Source of the DNA: an uncultured Candidatus Poseidoniales archaeon
Lineage (GTDB): Archaea > Thermoplasmatota > Poseidoniia > Poseidoniales > Thalassarchaeaceae
NCBI GenBank assembly: GCA_964342465.1
Contig: CAYFFQ010000002.1
Span: 156,635-220,634, forward strand
DNA length: 64,000 nucleotides
Direction of reading: 5' to 3'
Shown here: positions 8,201-17,585 of the stretch, in pieces
Position numbering within the stretch: position 1 is the stretch's first letter
Layout of the letters: every line of letters starts with the position of its first letter
Made by a program: the position numbers and the translations under genes
Notes under the pieces: model-generated
The model's database searches: none
What the model was told of the DNA's origin: nothing
The model's input: the letters and a program-made list of their open reading frames with translations, nothing else

Positions 8201-10511
8201 GTAGTGAATCCTTATCTGCTCGATGGTCTTTGAACAGAGCATCAGCCTTCTGCTGGAATTGCTGTGGTGAAACTTCGTCAGCGCCAATTCGTCGTGGAAT
8301 AATCAGACTGCGGCCAGCGACTTCCCTGAACCTCTTGGTGAACAGTTGAGTATCTATCAGATAGGACTCTATCACGGCTCTGTGGTTTTTGGCCGCGAAT
8401 ACTGAAGGAAATGCTGCCGGCTCAACATCGTCGGAGAGTTTGACGAGGAAACCATTTTCATCAAAGGAAATCTCATGGACATGAATCTCATTTGCGGTGG
8501 CGATACCGGCAAAGAAATATCCGAGTGTCATATTGAACGCTCTTCCGCGACAGGTCGTCACCATGTAGGTAGTCAGTCCACCCTGAATCTGTTCCATCAT
8601 GATGCGATTCGGCCCCGGCACCTCGAACGACTCTGCCACATGCAGTTCCATGAATCTCGCTACCGCTTCGGATATAGGGCCTGACAAACCATATCCCTCT
8701 TTCAACAGACGGCGAGGGTCTCGCTGCCTTCTGAGGGCAAGCATCAATGATTTCTGCAGTTTCAGAACAGCATTGGATAGTTCGGTTGACCTGCTCAGTG
8801 CTTCGCCAGACCACGACGGAACAGTAGGCCGATAACCAGTGACTGGCGTGACATTCACTCTCGAGCCTTGAATGGATTGTATGCGGTACGTCGTCCCACC
8901 CAACAGAATGACATCTCCCGGTCTGACACTGGAGACGAATGAGGACGATAATTGACCAATCATCGAGCCATCCGTGTTGAGGACCAGATAGTTGTTGTCT
9001 GGAGCGATAGTCCCAAGATTGGTGTAATAAATCATCTGCGAATAACCGCGCTTGGTGATGGAATTCTCTTCCCAATCAACCCACAATCTTTTCTCTTCCT
9101 CGAGCATATCAATAACTTCAATGAAATCATCATAAGGTAATGTCTGATACGGCCAAGATTGCCTGACCATTTCAAAAGTCTCATCAATATCCTGTTCACC
9201 AACAATGGTCAGCCCGACCAAGAATTGGGCCAGTACATCAAGAGAATTTGTAGGGAACTTGAGTATATCCATCTCTCCGGTCATAATAGCCCCCTGGAGG
9301 GCAACCAACTCCACGAGGTCATGAGGGGCGGTGGGGAGGAAACGTGCGCGTGGAATACCCCCTACATGGTGGCCTGCCCTTCCAATTCTCTGCAGGGCGG
9401 TGGCGATGCTTCCGGGGGAGCCCAATTGAACAACCAAATCCACAGCGCCGATGTCAATACCCAATTCCAACGAAGACGATGATACACAACATCTGAGTTC
9501 ACCGTTCTTCAGTCGATGTTCAACATCCTTCCGAATCGCTTTGTTCATGGAGCCGTGGTGAGCTTCAATCCCTTCATGCTCCCAACCAGCCAATCGACGT
9601 AGTTTCTGAACAATCTCTTCCGTCATCCTTCTTGTGTTGACGAATACAATCGTGGTGGTGTGTGCTTCCACGAGGTCAAGGATTCTCTCAACATTGGCCT
9701 CCAAAATCATCTTGTGGTCAAAAGTCGGGTCACCAAATCGCGGGTCGGGGAGAATGATGTCCAAGTCCAATTCCCTATCGCCACTGATTTTTGCTATCTT
9801 CACCGGTGGCGAGTGCTCCATGACTGGGACGAGATAGCGAGCCACCTCGTCAAGGGGCTCCATGGTTGCGGATATGCCAATTCTCTGGACTGGGGTGAGG
9901 ATGACCGAATCCAACAACGCCATCGTCAGGGAGAGCAGGGTTCCTCTCTTGGTGGGGACGAGACTGTGTAATTCATCGAGGATTATCCAGTTCAGTTCGT
10001 TCATCAAGGGTCTGAATTTGGAAGATGCAAGTGCCAAGCCGAGGCTTTCAGGTGTGGTGACGAGAATGTGGGGCGGGTTCCTCAACATTTTCTGTCTCTC
10101 GGACTGGCTCGTATCACCAGTCCTCAGTCCGACCTTGATATCCTGCGCTCGCTTGGGAAGAAATCTCTCTTTTATCTCTTCGAGGGGGCCAATAAGGTTC
10201 TTCTGAATATCGTTTGCCAACGCCTTGATAGGGGAGATATAGACGCAATATACCTTCTTCTCCAATTCACCTTCAAGGGACATGCGAATAAGTTTGTCAA
10301 TTATGGATAGGAATGCTGTCAGTGTCTTTCCACTACCAGTAGGACTACAGAGAAGAAGGTTGTCGCCATTCTGAATGGATGGAATCGCCATCTTTTGCGG
10401 GGCGGTGAAATCGGGAAATTTCTGTTTGAACCACTCACGGACTGGCTGCGACAGAGAATCGAAAAGAACCCCCGATTCAGCCTCGTCCTCAAGGTGTAAT
10501 ATCTCAGCCAT
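5214..10511 (-). CDS. lhr: Large ATP-dependent helicase Lhr (SF2, DEAH-type) with a long C-terminal extension
   Basis: Motifs: Walker A SPTGSGKT, DELH, SAT and QRIGRAGH. An Lhr-type WH/domain-4 region follows, then about 850 more residues containing two related winged-helix-plus-beta modules. Confidence 0.9.
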   Translation of the reverse strand: MAEILHLEDEAESGVLFDSLSQPVREWFKQKFPDFTAPQKMAIPSIQNGDNLLLCSPTGSGKTLTAFLSIIDKLIRMSLEGELEKKVYCVYISPIKALANDIQKNLIGPLEEIKERFLPKRAQDIKVGLRTGDTSQSERQKMLRNPPHILVTTPESLGLALASSKFRPLMNELNWIILDELHSLVPTKRGTLLSLTMALLDSVILTPVQRIGISATMEPLDEVARYLVPVMEHSPPVKIAKISGDRELDLDIILPDPRFGDPTFDHKMILEANVERILDLVEAHTTTIVFVNTRRMTEEIVQKLRRLAGWEHEGIEAHHGSMNKAIRKDVEHRLKNGELRCCVSSSSLELGIDIGAVDLVVQLGSPGSIATALQRIGRAGHHVGGIPRARFLPTAPHDLVELVALQGAIMTGEMDILKFPTNSLDVLAQFLVGLTIVGEQDIDETFEMVRQSWPYQTLPYDDFIEVIDMLEEEKRLWVDWEENSITKRGYSQMIYYTNLGTIAPDNNYLVLNTDGSMIGQLSSSFVSSVRPGDVILLGGTTYRIQSIQGSRVNVTPVTGYRPTVPSWSGEALSRSTELSNAVLKLQKSLMLALRRQRDPRRLLKEGYGLSGPISEAVARFMELHVAESFEVPGPNRIMMEQIQGGLTTYMVTTCRGRAFNMTLGYFFAGIATANEIHVHEISFDENGFLVKLSDDVEPAAFPSVFAAKNHRAVIESYLIDTQLFTKRFREVAGRSLIIPRRIGADEVSPQQFQQKADALFKDHRADKDSLLIKEVFNEIFHQDLDFDGLDQFVSDVVSGESRILHTRVKIPSPIGMNLYMSAFEDLLSMRTRAYLIKDIDPEILRRMLGQRALQTQLDEGELISYYNAKVAPPKDADGLLELMEVGGGLDRNIEHPLYAHKLHGIAEEAVREWVRKLIASEDIVRIKDTGHQGIDHKWFSKRMGDIHGTLGVLSTHHAEELDDLRKLYTTGLTYEVSTEYDDTQPTNWEARELSDPHECLRVKLVDLLGSEGPQTLDVLLERLPFPKVMIENILHELEVRNVVTIGFYRQTDEGEFILRVDEHYLTGGEEDVVAYRNLQNLLLNKSFKLHDDPLAALEEHVMIQKMQEMLDRVKEFRFSDWKDMKHDSDVVMGKLLHNRIGYTKKSQLPLLLGLRPEPWVGDMEAKLLEKVPKGQNVTRQQVLIDIPRDDDNKHVLNRAKYAINNMERQLLTVKQYEEAAERKRSLPLFHRVHDVYSPMPFADAVVELIRRIGPVKRYTLGWYVSKAGEELDRTLKMLYDSGKISKVMALQPGLTDFYCVPDDVAEVRKRTREDRQMRILTQSDPFCSRFIQEVRFVLKQGWYYPVFKGVDPVGRILMYKVNDYLEVKDVHIPHAYLDEFVEQFDRLLNNYRDTLVEISVLTNFNGENISEARPETISAFERIGFKPIGDGQRMIRGGIMDPRPVKESNRVLFHNHRLHQEMRSENETIAVKLVDEIRDDFALRGRCESYRVNLESMASANQLHQGTNLTGHRVYASYAHFERLLTVRNLPPNEELTDILEFFSNNSDPAIFMERHALKRSEFRKLAQPLIRSGHLVQDYRGGFRTVHPLLVSDLWQHKQDYLIDLVKDIPVITFKQCSKLAGKPFKPEEVMTVLQHLVDAGHLIKGFLLEDLNEVCWGRKEMLEGGSDIPPMRDFVLPPSDPLSLYFSGILRERFGFGSAYLVFYDEEPVAAFKANTRNKIIEVKDIVCDPKLEKEVLRVMKEFAWEHNMPLSGEVLEKLKKKR

Positions 10512-10657
10512 ATTATACCCCGCCTATGTTAGCAATACGAGGGTATTGGTTGAGTATAAGAAGTTGGTTATTCAATAATTATTCAAGAGGCTGAATAATA
10601 ATCGCCTCGCCATCCCGCAATGATACTATATTGTTCCAAAAAAACCCAAAATGTAAT

Positions 10658-10969
10658 TCACACCCAATTCTTGCTTCTGCTGGTCCAACGAAGTACACAA
10701 TCCACGGGCGGGTCACTATCTCTATCTACATGGAGAGGTGATTCACTGGCACTGGGTGGGACCATCACTTCCCTCAAAGCATCCGTCGGACAGGAGGCGA
10801 GACATGAGAGGCAACCAACACAGCGGTCCATCAGAACCACCACAGGTCTCTTCCTCATTCCTTCTGGTGTATGGCGCATCGGTTGCAGCGCCTCGAAAGG
10901 GCAGTGAAGGAGACATAAGTCACATCCACTACAAGCGGCTTGGTCAATGTTAACCATCGCCTGCCCCAT
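10658..10969 (-). CDS. 2x[4Fe-4S] ferredoxin-domain protein
   Basis: There are two CxxCxxCxxxCP clusters (CSGCDLCLLHCP and CVGCLSCLASCP). Confidence 0.8.
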   Translation of the reverse strand: MGQAMVNIDQAACSGCDLCLLHCPFEALQPMRHTPEGMRKRPVVVLMDRCVGCLSCLASCPTDALREVMVPPSASESPLHVDRDSDPPVDCVLRWTSRSKNWV

Positions 10970-11170
10970 ACTTCAACCGAGCCGATTCCTATTATTCAGT
11001 CTGCTTACCGATTTGTCAGTCAATCCGTTATCGACATAGAAAAATTAGGCCGATGTGTGCCATCCGACAACGATTCTAGATAGCCAACCGTCGGTGAGAA
11101 TTGTGATTACAACCACTCAAGGGGCGAAGGATTGAGAACCCGAAAGCGGTGGCGGGGGGCGGAGATAGTG

Positions 11171-12892
11171 ATGAGTGAGGGGGTTGACAGAGTGAATACT
11201 CTGATGTCACTGTTCAAGCGGCGAGGAATCATATTCCCTGCATTTTCCCTTCATGGGGGTGTTGCCGGTCTATTCGACTATGGCCCTGTGGGGGGGAGAA
11301 TCCTCCGGCGCATTCAGGAGAGATGGCGGCAGCACTGGCTGAAACTTGGCAATATTGTGGAGATCGACTCACCCACCATCACACCTCACGCCGTGTTGGA
11401 AACGAGTGGCCATGTCGGCGCCTTCAACGACCACGCCAGTGAATGTGGTGAGTGTGCGGCGATTTTTCGAAGTGACCACCTCGTTGAGGAGTATCACCCT
11501 AATCCAGATATGCTGACCGCAGCTGAACTAGACGGCCTGCTCACCGAGCACAATATCGGCTGCCCATCCTGCGCATCTGCCCAATGGGTCGCTTCCAGAC
11601 CGATGAATCTCATGTTCGCAACTCGAATTGGAGCCACCGGCGGTGGCAGACAAGCCTACATGAGACCGGAGACTGCGCAGGGAATGTTCCTCACCTTCCC
11701 GAACCTGTTACGCCACTTCCGTGACCGTCTTCCCTTTGGCGCGATTCAGGTGGGTAAGGGATACAGAAATGAAATCAGCCCGAGGCAAGGAGTGATTCGT
11801 CAGAGGGAATTCAACATGGCTGAACTGGAGTATTTCATAGACCCAGAATCTGATGAGTCGATTGACCTACTCGCATGGAGTGAACCTTTCAATCTCGTTC
11901 CCGACCCCCGCGGGGAAGCGGCTCAAACCCTCTCAATGACCATCGGGAAGGCTGTTTCAGACAACATCGTTCGCCACCCCACAGTCGCCCATTTCATGGC
12001 ATTGACCCACGATTTTCTCATCTCAGTCGGCGCCGATGCGGAACGTATTCGCTTTCGCCAGCATGAAGGTGATGAAATGGCCCACTACGCCTCGGATTGC
12101 TGGGATTTGGAGATGCATGGGTCGTATGGTTGGGTCGAATGTGTAGGAATAGCCCACAGGGGGTGCTATGACCTCGCCGCACATGAAGTTGCATCAGGTA
12201 GTAGAGAACTACGCGCTTGGAGGGCCTTTTCAGAACCCGAACAGGTGGACAGGATGGTCGTTTCACCCCGCTCTTCCATAACCGGGCCGCAGTTCAAACA
12301 ACTCGCGAAGGAAGTGAACAAAGCGATTTCAGAACTGGAAAGTTTACCTGACAATTTCCCCCATCAATTGACTCTAGACGACGGCTCTTGTGTGGAAATA
12401 ACCGAGGAGATGGTGGTCGAGAAGAGGATTCAGGAGACCATCAGAGGGGAATGGTACCTCCCGCATGTCGTGGAACCTGCGTTTGGACTTGATAGAATCA
12501 TCTGGCACCTCTTGGACCACGCTCATGAGAGGGTACGGAAGGGTGGGGATGAATACACTATCATGCACCTCGCCGAGAGCATCGCCCCATACGATGTGGT
12601 TGTGTTGCCGCTATTCGAAAAGGATGGAATGGGAGCCATCGCCGTCGATATTCAACATCGTCTTCTAGAGGTGGACAGCGCCTCAATCTACTACGACGGA
12701 ACCAAATCAATAGGCAGACGATATGCGAGGGCGGATGAGATCGGTGTTCCCTGGGCAGTGACAGTGGACCACACCTCCCTCGAAGATGGAACTGTCACTC
12801 TGAGGAGGCGAGATGACCAGAAGCAGACAAGGGTATCTCAACGACAACTGATTGAACATCTCTCGAGAGGAACCCTCTCAGAACTATTCTGA
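11171..12892 (+). CDS. glyS: Glycine--tRNA ligase (archaeal/eukaryotic alpha2 type)
   Basis: Motifs: N-terminal LFKRRGIIFPAFSLHGGVAGLFDYGPVG, RPETAQGMF, the class II motif REFNMAELEYF, and the anticodon-binding tail IGRRYARADEIGVPW. The start is placed at the ATG at 11171; the ORF opens at a TTG at 11132. Confidence 0.92.
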   Translation: MSEGVDRVNTLMSLFKRRGIIFPAFSLHGGVAGLFDYGPVGGRILRRIQERWRQHWLKLGNIVEIDSPTITPHAVLETSGHVGAFNDHASECGECAAIFRSDHLVEEYHPNPDMLTAAELDGLLTEHNIGCPSCASAQWVASRPMNLMFATRIGATGGGRQAYMRPETAQGMFLTFPNLLRHFRDRLPFGAIQVGKGYRNEISPRQGVIRQREFNMAELEYFIDPESDESIDLLAWSEPFNLVPDPRGEAAQTLSMTIGKAVSDNIVRHPTVAHFMALTHDFLISVGADAERIRFRQHEGDEMAHYASDCWDLEMHGSYGWVECVGIAHRGCYDLAAHEVASGSRELRAWRAFSEPEQVDRMVVSPRSSITGPQFKQLAKEVNKAISELESLPDNFPHQLTLDDGSCVEITEEMVVEKRIQETIRGEWYLPHVVEPAFGLDRIIWHLLDHAHERVRKGGDEYTIMHLAESIAPYDVVVLPLFEKDGMGAIAVDIQHRLLEVDSASIYYDGTKSIGRRYARADEIGVPWAVTVDHTSLEDGTVTLRRRDDQKQTRVSQRQLIEHLSRGTLSELF

Positions 12893-12969
12893 AGAGGGAA
12901 AGGTGAACAGAGAGGTCTCGCTTTCTCATTCATCAAGGTTCAAAACCCCTCGCACCACAGAGGAGTGTA

Positions 12970-14505
12970 ATGGGAGGGGGAATTGAGTCCATTTCCGATT
13001 GGACCGAGCGGCACCGGCCACAGACTTCCGCTGACCTGTTAGGCAACGATGCGGCGAGGAAACGGATTGAATCGTGGTTGCAATCATGGCAGAAAGGAAC
13101 TCCTGAGAAACGGGGATTGCTTCTCACTGGCCCCCCCGGAATCGGAAAGACCAGCGTCGTGAACGCCATTGCCAATGACCTTGGATGGGTCGTCGTTGAA
13201 TTGAATGCAAGCGACTCTAGGAACGCTGCTGCAATCCGAAAGGTCGCTGGGGGAGGAAGCAATTTCTCATTCGGATTGGACGGGTCTTTTGATTTTTCAG
13301 GCAATTCCAAGACTCTCATCCTTCTCGATGAAGTCGACCATCTTCATGGAGGTCTGAGGGCGGTCAGCGAGAATAGAATAGGCGACACTCTCGCCCAGAC
13401 GAGGGGTGAAGAAGGGAGACACCAGCGTTTATCTGGAGATTCTGGTGGTAAGGCCGAACTAGTCAGGATGTTGAAAAGCACCCAACAACCAATTCTTATG
13501 ACCTGTAATGAGCCGATGGGGCTGTGGGGGAGGCGAAACAAGAATTGGCGAAGTACCCGCGACCGATTTCTCAGACTTGCTGAGTTAGTCCAATTCCGCA
13601 GGGCGACACAGGAGGATTTGCTGTCTATTGCCAACACCATTCTCAAGAAGGAATCTGTCGGGGTAGACCGCGGTGCTCTGCTGAGACTGGTGTCAGCCAA
13701 TCCGGGGGACATCAGAGCGTTGGTCCGTGACCTACAGATGATAGTTGAAGTTGGTTGTGACCATATCGACCTCGAGCAGGTCGAAGCCCAACTCAGTCGC
13801 GGGCTTCGAGACCAGCAATTGGACCTGTTTCCCGGTCTCGAAGAATTATACAGGTGTGGCAGCAGTTTTGAGGCTGTCAGGCTGAGCCGAGAACTTGAAA
13901 TCACTCCGCGGGAGTTGGTGGCATGGGTTTCATGGAACAATTCCTCTATTTTCCGAGGGCGCTCAGCTCTTCACAAGTCTGCCGTAACATGTTCACACGC
14001 AGACACAGCATTGAGTGTCATGTTCCGCAACAACGCCTACAGAAGTTGGTATTGGTCTGGCAACCTCTCCGCCCTCAGTGCGGCCGTGACCACTGAACTG
14101 TCGGCAGAGAGCAGGATATCTCTCTCTTACCCCGCCTTCCTGCGAAGAGGACGAGAACCGTGGCAACGCGGTTCACTGATTGAAAAATTGGCGGCCCTCT
14201 CCGCTTCATCCAAAGCCGCGGCGAGAGAAGAACTGTGGCCCCCTCTAATCGCTCTTCATGAGGGGGATGGAGCACCACCTGTGCATGACTTCTCACTAAG
14301 TATGGAATTGGATTTGGATGGAAGTGAACACGTTCTATTGCATGGATTGAAGAAGAATCTGAAATCCACCAAGGAATTGGTGGAAAAATATGAGGAGATG
14401 CGTTATTCAACTCTACAAGTGGAGCCTATCAAGCAAGAGGTGAGCGACACTGGTTCGGAAACCAAGAGTCTACCACAAGGGCAGAAGAAATTGGAGTTTT
14501 TCTGA
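12970..14505 (+). CDS. rfcL: Replication factor C large subunit
   Basis: Motifs: W.ERHRP....DL.GN, Walker A LLTGPPGIGKTS and Walker B LILLDEVD. The size matches archaeal RfcL. Confidence 0.88.
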   Translation: MGGGIESISDWTERHRPQTSADLLGNDAARKRIESWLQSWQKGTPEKRGLLLTGPPGIGKTSVVNAIANDLGWVVVELNASDSRNAAAIRKVAGGGSNFSFGLDGSFDFSGNSKTLILLDEVDHLHGGLRAVSENRIGDTLAQTRGEEGRHQRLSGDSGGKAELVRMLKSTQQPILMTCNEPMGLWGRRNKNWRSTRDRFLRLAELVQFRRATQEDLLSIANTILKKESVGVDRGALLRLVSANPGDIRALVRDLQMIVEVGCDHIDLEQVEAQLSRGLRDQQLDLFPGLEELYRCGSSFEAVRLSRELEITPRELVAWVSWNNSSIFRGRSALHKSAVTCSHADTALSVMFRNNAYRSWYWSGNLSALSAAVTTELSAESRISLSYPAFLRRGREPWQRGSLIEKLAALSASSKAAAREELWPPLIALHEGDGAPPVHDFSLSMELDLDGSEHVLLHGLKKNLKSTKELVEKYEEMRYSTLQVEPIKQEVSDTGSETKSLPQGQKKLEFF

Positions 14506-14564
14506 CCATCGTCCTCAGTGGCAACTCATTTTTCTGAGCGACATCAACCTGATGAAGGGTAGGT

Positions 14565-16121
14565 CTACTCCTTCCATACTTTGATTGATACCAAGACCAA
14601 TACTGTGAGCAACTCCAATCGGCCCAACCACATCAGAATCGATGTAATGAACAGACTGAACCAGTTCAGAGACCCCCAAGTTTGGGTCGGCCCGAGAGAG
14701 TCCATCGCCGGTCCGGTATTACCCAATGCGGATATGGCTACAGAAATGACCGTTTCAAATGATAGTTCAGGTTCTATTAAGGCGAGAATCATGATGCTTG
14801 CCATCGCCAGTACCGCCCACCAAGAGAGCATTCCTACTATCATCCAAAGTTTGTCATCTGGTACGACATTTCCATCGAGGCGGACGAGATGAACCTTCTT
14901 CGGATTGGCAATACGATGAATCTCCCTCGACGCTAGAAGGTAGGCCATCCTGAGCCTGAGAATCTTCAATCCGCCCCCTGTGGAGCCGGCAGACGCACCC
15001 ACTATCATCAAAAAGAGCAGGGTGACCAGCGAAAGGGTCGGCCAGGCAGCATAATCCGAACTGGCATAACCCGTAGAGGTCCCGATTGAAACCGCTTGGA
15101 AGATGCCGTGACGCAGGGAATCATCAAATCGCCATCCAGAAGATCTGTTAAGATTTAGCGTCAGAATGACAGTCGCGGAGAGGAGGACGAGCAGATAAAC
15201 TCTCAATTCATGGTCCTTTAGCACTGCCCTCCATTCGCCTTCCAAGGTGAAGTGGTAGAGTGAGAAATTGACTCCTGCGGCGACCATGAAGAGGCAGATT
15301 ATCGCCTCTACCACCCAATTGTCAAAGTGCGGAATCCCCGCATCGTAGGTACTGAATCCACCGGTTGGCATGGTCGTCAGACCGTGATTGATGGCATCAA
15401 AACCCGACATCTGGCCGAGGGAAGCGAGGAGAACAATCTCAACAAGTGTCAGCCCGATATAGATGCCCCATAGCACCTTTGCAGTCTGTTCGATTCTTGG
15501 CCTGAGTCTCGAAAGAGAGGGGCCTGTCAGTTCCGCCCGCGCCATCGACATGCCGCCACCTAGATAGCGAGCAAGAAGCAACATTCCGAGCATGATGATT
15601 CCCATCCCTCCCAGCCATTGAGAAAATGAGCGCCATAGAAGCAGACTCTTGTCCTGAGAGTTGATACAGTCTTCAACGAACTGCGTACAGAGCGGGGAAT
15701 TATTTCGGTCAATGACCGTCGCACCCGTCGTCGTGAATCCTGACATGGCCTCAAACCAAGCCCTCACATATCCCCCCGCCACCTCTCTCAGAGTGGACTC
15801 TCCAGCAACTAATTCGAACGGACCGTGGAACATTCCCCCCAACCAGAAGGGAAGGGCGCCGATGGCTACAACGACTGGCCAACCGAGAGCGACTGCAGCG
15901 AACGCCTCCCTATCCCTGAGACGAGTACTCCCCTCCTCACTTCGCCCGTAAACGACCAACCCATAACCGGCCGCGAGACTGATGAGAATCGGGATTGTGA
16001 AAGCGCGTACGACGAAGGTTAAATCAGACCAATATACGCCAACGACCATGACCAATAACATCGGGCCAGCGAATAGAATCAGAGTCCACCCGATGACATA
16101 AGCGAGAATGTCTTTTCGCAC
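14565..16121 (-). CDS. trkH: Trk/Ktr-type potassium uptake membrane subunit
   Basis: It is polytopic with repeated selectivity-filter-like motifs (GFTTTGATV, TTMPTGGFST, SIGTSTGYAS, GSTGGGLK). It lies 3 nt downstream of trkA. Confidence 0.9.
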   Translation of the reverse strand: MRKDILAYVIGWTLILFAGPMLLVMVVGVYWSDLTFVVRAFTIPILISLAAGYGLVVYGRSEEGSTRLRDREAFAAVALGWPVVVAIGALPFWLGGMFHGPFELVAGESTLREVAGGYVRAWFEAMSGFTTTGATVIDRNNSPLCTQFVEDCINSQDKSLLLWRSFSQWLGGMGIIMLGMLLLARYLGGGMSMARAELTGPSLSRLRPRIEQTAKVLWGIYIGLTLVEIVLLASLGQMSGFDAINHGLTTMPTGGFSTYDAGIPHFDNWVVEAIICLFMVAAGVNFSLYHFTLEGEWRAVLKDHELRVYLLVLLSATVILTLNLNRSSGWRFDDSLRHGIFQAVSIGTSTGYASSDYAAWPTLSLVTLLFLMIVGASAGSTGGGLKILRLRMAYLLASREIHRIANPKKVHLVRLDGNVVPDDKLWMIVGMLSWWAVLAMASIMILALIEPELSFETVISVAISALGNTGPAMDSLGPTQTWGSLNWFSLFITSILMWLGRLELLTVLVLVSIKVWKE

Positions 16122-16124
16122 GTT

Positions 16125-17534
16125 TCACCCACCTAGGAGTTTGTTTTCGACTTGTGTCACCTGTCTCTCTGTAGTGAAGAGGACCAATCTATCCCCCTCC
16201 TTGAAGAACTGGAGTTCTGAACCGCGATGTGACACAGTGGCACCATTCCTACTTTGGCGGTCAATAAAAGCGACTCGGCAGCCCTTTTTTTCCAAGGATG
16301 CAATCTGTTTTCCCACCAAATTGCTACCGGATTCAATTTTCGCTGACATACTGATGATACCCTTCATCGAGTTGAGAAGTGTGTATTTCCCCGGAACTCT
16401 TTTGTGGACATGCTGGAGAATGTATGTGATGGCTGTTTTTCTGCGACTGATTGCAGTAGTGTGGCCTATTCGGTGCGCAACCTGTGCGAGTTGGCTGTCG
16501 TCGAGAACCATCCCACACCTCGCCACACCCAATTCTGCAGCCTGCATGGTGGCGGCCATGTTGCGGTGGTCATCTGCGAGTGCAGCGATGGCGATGTCAT
16601 GGTCTTGAATATCCAATTCATATAGCAAGTCCTGGTCAAGCGGATTTCCGTAGATTGAGTCGATTAGGTTGAAATTGTCGTAATCTCCGGCGGCGAGTTC
16701 ATTCGCTTCCTCCAACGATTCGCTGATGACCGTCACTCTGCTGCCGTCTCTGACGTATGACTCGGCAATCTGTTTGCCCAACCTCGTCGCCCCAAAAATG
16801 AGAATCCTCGGTTTGTCTTTATATTGTGGAGGCTGATGGCCGCAAGCGGTTAGAATTCGCCGGAATGTGTGTTCCCCCATAGTAGCAAAAGCCAATTTCA
16901 TGTTCGGTTTGATGATTGTCTCTCGTTTTGGAATGAATGCATTACCGCCAACTTCTTTAGCGGCGAAAATAAGAGGCAGACCATCTATATTGTCAACGGC
17001 TTCTGCGGGCGTGGATTCAACCAATTGGCTCGCTTCGGGAAGTACTTTTACTACCGTAATCCAGGCATCATCGGAAATCGAAAGCACCTCTTCCATCCCA
17101 GAACCTTTCAAACCTGCTTTCAAATCATTGATGACGAGCAGGTCTGAACAGACGGTGTGATTGACACCTGACCACCTCAAGAGCGAATCGTCGTCCTCCT
17201 GCTCAACCAGTTCAGCATCGTGTATTCTAGCGATGGTAGTCAGGCTTCTGCCGTTTCCTGTCTTGGCATGAATATCTCTAGCGAGGGCGCAAGACAACAT
17301 ATTCAATTCGTCTCGTTGCGTTGCTGCGATGTAGACCTCTGCTTTTTCAATCTCTGCTTCCAGCAAGTCGGACCGCACCCTCGCATCGCCTTGAACGACA
17401 AGTACATCCAAGGCTTGAGCTTCCTTGATGGCCACCGGGTCAGAATCAATCAAAACGACGTCTCTTCCCTCCGACCTGAGATTCTTGGCGACACCGCGGC
17501 CGACCTCCCCCGCCCCACCGATGACGATTCTCAT
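16125..17534 (-). CDS. trkA: Trk system NAD-binding regulatory subunit (tandem RCK domains)
   Basis: Two Rossmann GxGxxG sites are present (MRIVIGGAGEVGRGV and ILIFGATRLGKQI), each followed by a TrkA-C-like region. The start is placed at MRIVIGG (17534); the longest ORF runs to 17558. Confidence 0.9.
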   Translation of the reverse strand: MRIVIGGAGEVGRGVAKNLRSEGRDVVLIDSDPVAIKEAQALDVLVVQGDARVRSDLLEAEIEKAEVYIAATQRDELNMLSCALARDIHAKTGNGRSLTTIARIHDAELVEQEDDDSLLRWSGVNHTVCSDLLVINDLKAGLKGSGMEEVLSISDDAWITVVKVLPEASQLVESTPAEAVDNIDGLPLIFAAKEVGGNAFIPKRETIIKPNMKLAFATMGEHTFRRILTACGHQPPQYKDKPRILIFGATRLGKQIAESYVRDGSRVTVISESLEEANELAAGDYDNFNLIDSIYGNPLDQDLLYELDIQDHDIAIAALADDHRNMAATMQAAELGVARCGMVLDDSQLAQVAHRIGHTTAISRRKTAITYILQHVHKRVPGKYTLLNSMKGIISMSAKIESGSNLVGKQIASLEKKGCRVAFIDRQSRNGATVSHRGSELQFFKEGDRLVLFTTERQVTQVENKLLGG

Positions 17535-17585
17535 GTGGCAGCACCCTTCTACAATCAATCGGGCAGGCAGCCCGCTTTTGATTGT

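Noticed and set aside
5214-14505. Inteins in the oversized Lhr or in RFC/GlyRS
   Set aside because: No intein block motifs (LAGLIDADG, or terminal HN followed by C/S/T) were seen. The extra length in Lhr is explained by C-terminal domains.
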